Assembly (NCBI GenBank): GCA_003693705.1
Contig: RBZT01000146.1
Location: 58,635-122,634, forward strand
DNA: 64,000 bases
Direction: 5' to 3'
From: Polymyxa betae A26-41
Taxonomy: Eukaryota; Protista; Endomyxa: Phytomyxea
Shown one piece after another: positions 36,891-47,366 of this stretch. Numbering within the stretch: the first letter of the stretch is position 1; every line of letters begins with the position of its first letter. Below the pieces are notes generated by a model, which searched no databases, was not told the origin of the DNA, and worked only from the letters and a program-made list of their open reading frames with translations. Both the position numbers and the translations under genes were made by a program.

Positions 36891-39800
36891 TTAAAACATT
36901 AATCTTTCGAGTTTCCCTTTGCTGACAGGGTGGTTGCAAAGGCATGCTTTACTGCGTTTAAGATGTGAGATCCAGCAATCCCAGCAGCCAACATGCTTGC
37001 AAGTGGTCGATCTTGTAGCGAGCGTCGCCTCCGACTCACAGAATTGACATGTCCGATTGAGCGATGGCGACGGAGCTGATTTCCGCAGCTGATCAGAAGG
37101 CTCCCTGCTTAACTGCAGCCGCGCTTCAAGAGACAATGCCTCATATTCAGCCTCAGCAGCAATCAGACATTCGCTATAGATCTCACTTAACTGGCCCTAA
37201 GATGGATCACGTTAGATTAACAGCAGCAAAGAGGAAAGAAAGCTCAATACCGCATAGACAAACGTATGGAATGCTCTCGGCCAAGTTCGGTCTAATGGTA
37301 GCAAGAGATTGATAATATCGCGACAATGGCGCTGAAATTGCCCTTTTTCTTCATCATTCCAGATCCTGGTACCATTAACATGCTCTCGATCTCGTTGCTT
37401 CGCCTGTTGATGTAGCGTGATTAACTGTTTTAGTTGCTGGACGAACTTTTGATAGACTTCTGGACTTCGCTGTCTGACCAAACGCTTGAAATTTTGTGAT
37501 GCTGTGAAGTTAAGTTGAGCGTCACGACAAGTAATGTTGGTCCTCTTACCAGCGTTTTTTATAAGGTCAGCGTATAAATCACGAAACTTGCTGGGCAGAT
37601 GTTCTTTCATTCGATCATGCAAACGTGATTTCTTTGCGTCTGGAATCACATCGATTAGACTGAATAACCGTTGCAGCGTCTCTCGAATCCGTTTTGGATC
37701 GGGATATTGTTCGTGCTTCAGAACACTGACGTCGCGAATTGCTGCGGCCATCGGGGCCCATTTCGCTTCGCCGACGCTTGATTTAAGGGCAAGAAGAAAA
37801 AACTGAACTGAATCTTTTGATTTTACGACAACTCCTGTATCAGTGTAAGCAAAGTAAAAATTATAAGGCAATGACGGCGTAATTCAGTTTGAATCAGCCA
37901 TACAGCAGCAGCAAGTTAGCTGACCTTTGTTAGGAGCTTTGTTTTGATCGTTACGAGTAGCATCGCCAGCAATGGAGCTGTTACCTAAAGAAATCGATAA
38001 ATACACATTGTGCATTGGTTAAAGAGACCAAACCTGAAGTTTGTCGGGAGAGCAAACTGGGGATTTGTTTCAGCAGTGAGTTCGAGCGTTGCAATGGTTC
38101 AGGTCGGTTACTAACTGAAGATTGCGTTGGAGGCGATGTGGTTTTCTGGCCCCAGTCTCTGGATCGCACCTTAATCGGTCGGCGAAGAATATCCTGGTCT
38201 TGGCCAGGATCACCTTCTAGAAAACCTACGTTCAATTGAGCAAAACGCATATCAACGTAATGAAATTTATGAAAAACGAAGCAAAGCGAAACATAATTGA
38301 GGGAAAGTCATTTGCAACGAAATAAGAATCAGCAATGAGACAAATACCATTAGACGGGACTTGATTCCTGTTGGATCGAAACTTCTGATACAATGACGAT
38401 ATCGGCTGAATCTGAGAGAACCGAGGATCGCTACATTCACAACGATCAGCATAACCAAAGGAGAAGTTCCAATTCCGTACTTAGCGCGATCAATGTCGTC
38501 AGATTTCGTTGCAGCATTTTGCTGAGGACGTTGCTGGTCAAAGAACCGCTTCAGCTCACTGGACGCCTCTTGGAGATTATTGGGTCGCTTGATGAACCTT
38601 CGAAGCCACAACGACAGATGCGTCGAACTATCGCCACAGAATCGTTCATCGCACAGCAAGATGGCGCCGAAATCGTTTCGATGACGGATCACTCGACCGA
38701 CGGCTTGGTTGACAGCTCGCCAGGCCTGCGTCTGATACCATTCCGCACCCGCTTTCTGTGATCTCAGGTTCATATTCAGATAGTTGCGCTTCAGGCGAAC
38801 TCGAGGAGCTTGTGTGGAAGCGAATGGCAACCCACAAATAATCACACCTGATCATATTCAGATGCGGAAATAAACTCAGAAACAAAATGGACCTCTCGCA
38901 GCTCCTGCAAACACACAATGTTAAGCAAAGGGGACAGAATAATGCCAAATCAGTCTTACGATCAGAGAAGTCGACGCCCTCAGACACCTTTCCTCGACAG
39001 ACGGCCATCAATAAGGCACCACGCCCTTGATCGATCGCTTCTCGATAGGCCGTCAAGCAACCCTAAGATGGGATGAGAGAGAAGAGGGGATGGGAGACAG
39101 AAATTCTACCTTCAGCTCGGAGGACTGCCGGGGCTCGACAAACACCTTCTTGCAAGCTTCGATGCGATTCATGACACCATTGATTTTCCAGCCATCCATT
39201 GCAGCTGTTAAAGCTGGATACGAAGGAAAGAAAACCAGTAATCTAAATTGCAAATGAACAAACGGCATGAATGACGAAACTTTAAATATTCAAAGTTTCT
39301 CGAAACGCCAAACACTTAATACCCATCGGGAATGATTTTAGCAAATTCGGAAACCACATTGCCAAGCTCAGCAACGCATTCGGGTCGACTTCGATTTTTG
39401 AAGGCGCTATTGAGATTGAGGCCAGTCGGGCCTTTGCGAATCAGGCCCAGATACAGCTGATCCGAGCCGATCACGTGCTCGTTCTCCAGTACGACCGGGA
39501 AAGCGATTTCCAGCTCCATTCGTAATGCCGGTAGCGGCGACAATGTCCCACTGGTTAGTAGAAGAGCATGGATACCGAGCGCCATGAACTCTTTCATTGT
39601 CACTCCCGAACTAAGCAAAATTTAGAACCTTCCTTAACGATAAACAATGACAGGGTCCAACAACACAAAATTTGAATTTCTTAAAACAAAAACATACAAA
39701 AATTGAGAGGGAAATAGCTAACCTGAAGCACCAAAACGATAACGTTCTCCCTTGAGTAGCAGCCCGACTAAAGCTATCAAGGACGAATGAGAAAAGGGCC

Positions 39801-41560
39801 TCGATAGAAAGGCAAAAGGCCACACCCTTTCTTCGACTTTGTCTCAACCTGAACTTCGTCATGGATATGGACGAAATAATGGTTGAGAATATTGCCAGAC
39901 ACAGCCCGCCTCACAATGTTGAGATATTCACGCAGCTTACGCAGGCAGCATTCGTTCTAGACCGAATCAGAGATTTGATCATTTAGAGTCGAATTCATCA
40001 CCTCGTTTCTTGTACCACAGATGTTGATCATGGCTTCCAAAAGTCGATCAAGCTGCTGGTCGTTGAGATCGAAGCCAACACGATTAAGCAACGTTTGAAT
40101 GTAATGACCTGGCTGTGTCGTTCCCTGAGAATTGCAGCTTCAGATTTCAGTGGTCTCAGAAGATACAATTAAGACATGCCTTATCGGGAACTAATTCCAC
40201 TTTGCTGATAACTTCTTCCAAGTTCAGGAGCCGCTCTTTGATTAACAGGGCTCCATTGACAATATGTTCAGCCTCTAAAGTGACATTACTTGGTGCGATC
40301 CAGTTCGGCTCACAGCAGGTGTTGGCACAATAATCGGCATCCAGAATCGACCTTGCTAATTCTGAGCAAACATGATCAACGTATGAGAACCATGAGGCCA
40401 GAAATGTACCTAATGCAGTGAAATCGAAGGAGGACGAATCCATGCAAGATGATTCGACATTGTGCGCTTCTGAACAGAACTGAGATTAAAGGTGATCAAT
40501 GATTGGCTGACCGACCATCGAATATGATGATCGCTTTATCGAGACGAACATCCAAAGTCAGATTCTTTCTTAATGCTGGATCGACCAGATAGTTGTATGG
40601 AATGAAGAGGAAGTCGGCTTGTTTGGCGTTATCCAAAGCTAAATAATATGGGCAGACTTCATGCTGTTGCCCGATATAAACCTAAACATGGTCATCAGCT
40701 ATGCGTCTGATTGGAGAATGGCCCAAATACGAAAGCGGGAACGCATGTAAAGAAACCATCACCATGTCTTCGATGTCGAAAACTTCGTCAATGAGGCGAG
40801 GATTTCCTTTCTCAAATTCGTCCACATGATTATGGAAGGCACATTTTCTGGTGGCAGACAGCAACTGACACTGCTGATTAAGCTGAGTGCCGCTGTACTG
40901 GCTCGAGACCTTGGGATGAACACACAGCGAATCTCGTGATGCTATTATCGACACTCGGGGCCTGATAGAATGAGATTAAGGCAACAAATGAATCCAGCAA
41001 TGAAACTTGTTTCTTGACAGTTTTGGCAATAACGATTCGAACGAAAGAGGCAAATAAAGAATAGCATTACTTGTAAGCAGTCATTTTTAGCTAAGCAGTA
41101 GTTAGAGGCTGCTATTGGAAAGTGAACAGCAAACGGCAATACCTGTCGTAGTGCCTGTTGTAACTGAGAATGGGTTCGAGATGCATAGACGATTAGCGGT
41201 GGTCCTCGTTGTGTCTGTCCTGGGATAATTGTCGACTGCATCGCCGATCTCCAGGCTAATGTCGCACACAGTAAACAGAGGGTCTTTCCACTGCCGGTCG
41301 GCGACTCCAGCAAAGCATTCTGTCCATTCTGCAACGCTTCGATAACTGAAAATCACGAAACTGTCAGAAGGAATAAACACAGCCCAGACAAATATTATAA
41401 AGGCGAAAATCTCCAAAATCTTCGACTTTATCTATAAAACTGGGGTTGGAGAGACAAACGAATCGCCACCTTTTTCCATATATCGAAGCTGAATGGGATA
41501 CGGTTGATATGGAAAGGCCACTGGAACGCCTCGAATGTCGAACATGAGCTGATTGTCCAT
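36891..41560 (-). CDS. RTEL1: RTEL1-like Fe-S (XPD-family) DNA helicase with C-terminal RING finger
   Basis: FPYQPYPIQ; LLESPTGSGKTLCLLCATLAW; YASRTHSQ; Fe-S cysteines and CPYY; DEAHN; LTSGTLSP; AVCRGKVSEGVDFSD; RAVNQAVGRVIRHRNDFGAI; terminal CQFC..CKHVGCWDCW..C.C. Confidence 0.92.
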
Positions 41561-41927
41561 GACGAGCTCTGTGTGTGGGCCACCTTTCCAGCGAATGGTT
41601 TCTCAGTTCTCTCACTCAGCAGGGCAGGTGGAATTGCGCGCCTATTCCCATGACCTTTCTTCGCCCAAGTTTTTAGAGCGGAAAACAGTTCATGGATTCA
41701 CTACCTGCTTGACGTTAAAGTGTCCATGCCGAGCGAATCGTTGAGCTCTGAGGTTAAGGAAAACAGAACTCAGTCGGGGTTGTAATCCTCTCACCGCCGG
41801 GGAAGGTCTCTTCTATGACACCAAGGCGAATAGCCAGGAAAAAGTTATTGTAAGAGGCTTTTTCGTAAGCACGAAAACTATCTATTGGCAATAAGATTGG
41901 GAGCTAAATCTGCTTTATTTGAGATCG

Positions 41928-44086
41928 ATGTCTGATTGCGTGACTGGAGACGTTACTATGCCTAACGTTGATTCTTATAATAGACAACGCATCCTAACTA
42001 TGGTGTTAGAGTATCATAGATTGATTTGGATTCGTCTAGTTCCTTTATCAACGTTGTGGCCTTAAATGCTCTTCCTTCCGTTTCCAGAGCTGGCCGTAAT
42101 TCCCCCAGTGTTAGCGTGGATTCGAGTCGATCACTGTACCCCGAGCAGAATCTGTTTCTGGACAGGCGGGCTGTTCTTAATGCGGCTGAAATCGCTGATC
42201 AAGCGACACAACTCTGAAGCCGTTTCGATTCCAGAGGAGCTCCAGCAATGTCGTCAATATTTAATGGATTTCTATCGATTTCCGTCGGAACCCGTCCGAG
42301 CTCCTGATATTCGTACCGTAGTGATCGCCTTGGAACCATTTCAAGGTCAGCGAATCTGATTGTCTCTGAACATATGCTCAAAATTAACATTGACGATAGA
42401 TATGGATTGCCATTCCTGGCAGCATTTTATCACTGAGTACGATAATTCTGTTGTGGTCGGGATGTATAACATGCTTTTAAATGTGAGCTGGGAAATTCGA
42501 AAACAGAAGTCATATGGTTAAATTAATGTAGATTTCCGTTCCGTTAGACGATGTTGAAAGCGAAGAACTAATGAACACATTCCTGGGATGGATAACTACG
42601 ATGACCAAATTGTTGCCTGCTGAATCGTATCAAAGCATACCGTTATCGGCGCGCTTGCTTTCCGCCTGTTCCATAGTATTGAAGGCCTGTGAGTGAGCTA
42701 TTTTAGCACAATGCATGCGTGACTCGATGCTGATGAAGGACGGTAGATCCTAATGAGAGGATCGCGTTATCATTATCGAATATCTTGGAGTTAATAGCGA
42801 GGAATTATCGAGGTATCAGATTTGTCTGCAATTTTTTGCCCTCTCAGGATAAATTTCAATCCAGGAGAAAAACTCGACGCTTCAATGAACAAAACTGCAT
42901 TAGAGGAGTGCCTACAGAGAATTATGGATTGCTTTGACAGCATTTATCTTCGCGATAGCCACATGGTGGTTAAACTAACGGTGAGCAACCGGAGGTCGGA
43001 ATATTACTGCAAGCTCAAAGGGTTTCACGCAGGTGTTAATTAGCAACCTGATTGTTAATAGAACCATTCTCGAACTTATGTCTTCATGTCCCAATTTAGA
43101 TCGATATCGAGATTTATTTTGCCGATATTGGAATCTTGGGAACTCAGTGCAATTCTACGTTCCTGTAATTAACACCATATTTATATCATCTGACTCCTTT
43201 TTTACCAATGACGACGTCGGTCTCCTTCTGCTTTAAAACCATTTCGACTGACTGAATTTTCAGGCAAGAATTATAGTAAATACGTTGCTAAACACTTTGG
43301 AATCCTGTCATGATGTAAGCGACTAGCTTCTTGATGGGTGGATGTAACTTTGATTTACAGCCGAGTATGAACGATTTATTGATTAGTTGCCTGAACACGA
43401 TCACGTCAAGTGCTAAATTCCGGGAACTTGGGGAAATGACAGCCAAACGAGCATTGTTTGTCGTGAATAATCTCGTGGAATGGACAGACTCTGATCCAGT
43501 TTCCGAAAACTCGATGATTACCTTTCGGTCACAACGGCGTGCTTCCTTGCCAATGCTTTCAAGTCCAGCGACATCCGAAAATGGTAATTTACGTCAGCAT
43601 CCATACCAGCGACGTGCTTCTTTGCAGGCGATCCAATTTCAACTCGCTTGCATTGCAGATTCGTAATAGACTATCCATATTCTGTGTGTGATTCATATCA
43701 TTACCGTAGCGATCTTGGTTTCTCTGCTTTATTGCATCACATGACTGTCCACTTCGCACCCTGAAAGCCAATAGAGCAATTGTTCTTCATTGTTTTCAGA
43801 AACGGCAAACATTTCTCTCTTGACATTCGGGCATGGCTCAAGTGTTCAATGCATTTGTTGGTTGTCCCAGTGTCGCTTACAAACTCCTTCGAAAAAAGTA
43901 CAAACAAAGCCTTTTCTTCAAGATTCTTTTTCAAGAAATTTACAAGCCTATTATCACGAGGCGACATTGATCTATATGTTGTCATACCGACTATCGCCCT
44001 TCAACTGTGAAGACAGTTACTCAGTTAGGCAACACGATCGCGTCCATGTTGCTTTCTATTTCAAGTCATGGTTTTTTTTAAATTGA
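41928..44086 (+). CDS. Hypothetical multi-exon, probably helical protein; 3' end uncertain
   Basis: ATG at 41928 followed by a chain of short exons separated by ~50-nt GT-AG introns; two RRASL motifs near 43535 and 43610. Confidence 0.55.
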
Positions 44087-44209
44087 AATTGTAATGTTAC
44101 ATAAGAAATACGACGCGGCCTCCTCATGTTGAACTTTCCAGAACTGTGCTGACTTGTTTGGGTTAGAGGATAAAGCTTCGTCTTGCGTTCATTGTCGCCT
44201 TTGGAAACC

Positions 44210-44809
44210 ATGTCCAAGCTTGATGATTATGCGTTCAATCTAAGATTCATGTCCAAGACACTGGCGCGCCAATCTGCTAAAATGGAGAAAGAAGAGAAGG
44301 CGTCGAAGTTGAAGTGCAAGAAGGCCATGGAAAAGGGCAATCAAGACGGTGCTAGGATATATGCTCAGAATGCAATTCGTCAGAAGAACGAAGCGCTGAA
44401 TTACCTACGCCTGAGCGGTCGAGTCGATGCAGTTGCAGCTCGAGTCATGAGCGCTGCCAAAACCGCCAATCTGACCAAAGCGATGGGAGGCGTTGTGAAA
44501 AACATGGACTCGGCAATGAAGTCCATGAACTTGGAGCTAATCTCCACAACGATGGATCAGTTTGAGAAGCAATTTGAAGATCTCGATGTGCGGTCTGAGT
44601 ACATGGACAATGCCATGAATATGTCAACATCGATGACAACCCCTGACGATCAAGTTCAGCAGCTAATGCAGCAGGTCGCCGATGAACATAATCTAGAATT
44701 CTCATCGGCTTTGAATGATATCGGTATCGGAAAATCAAAACAGAAACAAGAAGATGAAAAGGAAGATGCTGAGCTTGAAGAGCGATTGAAAAGGCTTCAG
44801 GGCATATAG
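44210..44809 (+). CDS. CHMP1: ESCRT-III protein CHMP1/Did2/Vps46 (intronless)
   Basis: FNLRFMSKTL; GARIYAQNAIRQKNEALNYLRL; MDQFEKQFEDLDV; C-terminal MIM1-like LEERLKRL. Confidence 0.96.
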   Translation: MSKLDDYAFNLRFMSKTLARQSAKMEKEEKASKLKCKKAMEKGNQDGARIYAQNAIRQKNEALNYLRLSGRVDAVAARVMSAAKTANLTKAMGGVVKNMDSAMKSMNLELISTTMDQFEKQFEDLDVRSEYMDNAMNMSTSMTTPDDQVQQLMQQVADEHNLEFSSALNDIGIGKSKQKQEDEKEDAELEERLKRLQGI

Positions 44810-44908
44810 ACTTTTGATATCGCAAAGCTAAACTGTTTGGAAGGTTTCATTTATTTTATTTAAAGTTGCTATTATCTATATCAGAGCCATCCCTTACGTG
44901 CCATTCTT

Positions 44909-45187
44909 TTATCTTGTTGAAGCACTTCGTCTACTGCTCCGCTCTCTTGCATTGGCACTTTCTAGTTTTGAAACCAACTTAACTCTATTTGAGGTACATC
45001 GCATGTATAGCACTGATGTCGAATTTGGGGGGTTTGCTTGTTCAGATGTCTTATAATTCGTGGCAGTGCTCAGCACAAGCCTGTCAGGAAAATCGCATAC
45101 ACCGAATAACTTCAATAGTTCTTCAGCAGGCAAATAACAACCAGTGTAATCTATTTTTAATATTTTGCTGTATTTTTCTCTTGCCAT
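44909..45187 (-). CDS. Small orphan ORF (92 aa)
   Basis: ATG-initiated ORF starting 10 nt after the stop of 45197-46207; could be UTR. Confidence 0.3.
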   Translation of the reverse strand: MAREKYSKILKIDYTGCYLPAEELLKLFGVCDFPDRLVLSTATNYKTSEQANPPNSTSVLYMRCTSNRVKLVSKLESANARERSSRRSASTR

Positions 45188-45196
45188 GAGAACTGT

Positions 45197-46207
45197 TCAG
45201 TGATGCTTCCCCAAGGCCTGGTAATGTCGATGTTCCTGTATCAGCGTCGCCTCTAGCACTCTCATTAAAGACGCCTCTCTATCGGCATCGCCCTGATCGC
45301 GTGCAGCATCTAGCTCTAACTGCAAAGTCACTTTAATAGCAGCGACCGGACTCGGCTGGAACCGCTCCAGCTGATCAGATCGCTTCAGTTCAGCCTCTGT
45401 CAGCTTCTTCATCATATGGGCATCATTCGGGCAGAGTTTCAAAGCTAGCTCACATAAAATGATTGCCACCGCATAGCATCCGGTCTCAAAAGCCTCGCTC
45501 AGCGTCATCTTGATGAATTCCAATGCTGCTTCTAGTTGATGATTGTCGCTTGTCTCAGCATCATTGCCCAAAACCTGAGTCTTCACCATCATCTTGCAGA
45601 TGTGTTCGTCGTCTGGTCGAACTTCATAAAGGGCGCCCCAGAGCTCCAGGGCTGTCCCGAACTGATGCTGGTTGGTCTTCTCTTGAGCTCGTCGTTCTAA
45701 AATATGCAATAAGGTATCAAGCGACTTTTGCTGAGAATCGACCAGAGCTCGGCATTCGTTTTTCCTTCTCTCAATAATGGCCTTCTGGTCTTTCGGCAAC
45801 CAGGGTATGACGAATTCATACAAGGCGACGCTCAAATTCGGGTTCGTTGACATCGCCGCCTGAGCTCGTTCGAGACATTGCTTCACAACCGATGACGCCA
45901 TCGTTCGTTCTTTACAATCGTGACATTTATGTCGAATCGCGTGGCAGGATTCTTTCCATTCCCATTCTGTCGATGTGTTAATAATGCTGTGAGCAAGGCA
46001 GTTGTAGGGACCTGTTTTAGCACAGAGTTGACAGGCGATCGCATGGCACGAATCGCATTCGCGTCGGTTGTCGCCGGTGGTTTGCTGGCAAACGCTGCAG
46101 AGTAGGTCGGGAAAGGTGAAGCCGTTCTTGGAGAGATGCATAAAGCTATTCGCGTCAACCAGGGACATTTTGTAAACTAATCGGATATTGCATGGCTGGC
46201 TGCCCAT
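45197..46207 (-). CDS. Intronless orphan: Cys-rich RING/zinc-finger-like N-terminus plus TPR-like helical repeats
   Basis: CSVC..CDSCH..CQLC..C and CHDC; repeats FGTALELWGALYEVRPDD and YAVAIILCELALKLCPND. Confidence 0.75.
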   Translation of the reverse strand: MGSQPCNIRLVYKMSLVDANSFMHLSKNGFTFPDLLCSVCQQTTGDNRRECDSCHAIACQLCAKTGPYNCLAHSIINTSTEWEWKESCHAIRHKCHDCKERTMASSVVKQCLERAQAAMSTNPNLSVALYEFVIPWLPKDQKAIIERRKNECRALVDSQQKSLDTLLHILERRAQEKTNQHQFGTALELWGALYEVRPDDEHICKMMVKTQVLGNDAETSDNHQLEAALEFIKMTLSEAFETGCYAVAIILCELALKLCPNDAHMMKKLTEAELKRSDQLERFQPSPVAAIKVTLQLELDAARDQGDADREASLMRVLEATLIQEHRHYQALGKHH

Positions 46208-46320
46208 ATCGGCGCTTTTGTGGCTGGTTTGAGAGCGATCCGAAATGGTTGTGATTCCATGGCTCGGGCGACGTCTATTTAGGACCTTGGCGCTAGCTTA
46301 GACAAGGTTTCATTTTTCCA

Positions 46321-46602
46321 TCAACATTTGTCTGCAACAATTCGGGACAGCTTTCGATTTCTGATGTCTCTATCTTTGAGTCGTTTTACAGTAGCGATCA
46401 ACGACTGTCTTCCTGTAAAGTTGATTCTTTTGATGACATCCTTGAATGGCAGTTCTGCATTGGCTATCTTATTCAATGTGCCCTGATGAAGAGCTTTAAC
46501 ATTGGAATGCTTGTTTGCAGAAAGGACTCTCTGTGCATTGCCAATCTTTTTGGAATGGAATAAATTCGCTTCCTTCAAGGCTGGTAGGAGTGGGCGATTC
46601 AT
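46321..46602 (-). CDS. Small basic orphan ORF (93 aa)
   Basis: ATG-initiated, K/R-rich ORF between COX19 and the zinc-finger ORF. Confidence 0.4.
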   Translation of the reverse strand: MNRPLLPALKEANLFHSKKIGNAQRVLSANKHSNVKALHQGTLNKIANAELPFKDVIKRINFTGRQSLIATVKRLKDRDIRNRKLSRIVADKC

Positions 46603-46760
46603 AAACTGTGCCCGAAAAGCGACCTCGAAGTGAGCAAAGATCAGCTCAAGAAGGCATACAGCGATTTCCTGTGGAATGCAGCACGTCTAAAGAGCTGATA
46701 ATTCTCACGTTTAAGAATGCACAATTTGGCCTCCTACTTTTAATACTGAATGTATCCAAT

Positions 46761-47062
46761 TTATTCGGCAGGTTGGTCGAGACGCTGTCGTTCATCGAAG
46801 CCCAAAGCGGACAGATCTTCGGGCGCCATCAACCCCCTACCCAACATTAAGGAGCCTGAATGTTCATGGCGGACGCTTACGAATCGATTCGGCATTGAAG
46901 ATAAAGCTTAGCGAGCGCTTTGCAGGTGCCATAATCGTTGCGGTTCGTCCTGAGACAGGCCAAGTAGTCTGCCATGGCCGGCTGGCATTGCCCGTCGTGA
47001 TCCAGAGGGAAGCTGCCCTTCTCCGGCGGTGATGGAACCGGCACCCTTGACGATGGCGCCAT
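46761..47062 (-). CDS. COX19: Cytochrome c oxidase assembly factor COX19 (twin CX9C), one intron
   Basis: PPEKGSFPLDHDGQCQPAMADYLACL...CKALAKLYLQCRIDS spliced to GLMAPEDLSALGF. Confidence 0.95.
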
Positions 47063-47366
47063 TGAGGCCGTCCGCAGACAAGATACAATTCGGTTCTGGA
47101 CGCCAAAGGTCGGAAAGAGAAGACGAGGCCTCTCGAGATCGCCGCAATTTCGTACTATCACATTTTATATTTTCAAACGACGGGTTCTCTTTCCTGTTTA
47201 TTTGAGTTTGACAGCACAAAAGGCGAACTTTGTTGAGAAAGGCGTTGGATGGAAAAATAGGGCGATGAATAGATTGAGGCGAGAATCTGCTATAGATAGT
47301 CTGTGGGTGCAGCCAGGTCGCTGCGGACTCCGTGGCCGCTATCACCGCTTCTGCGACAAACAATAA

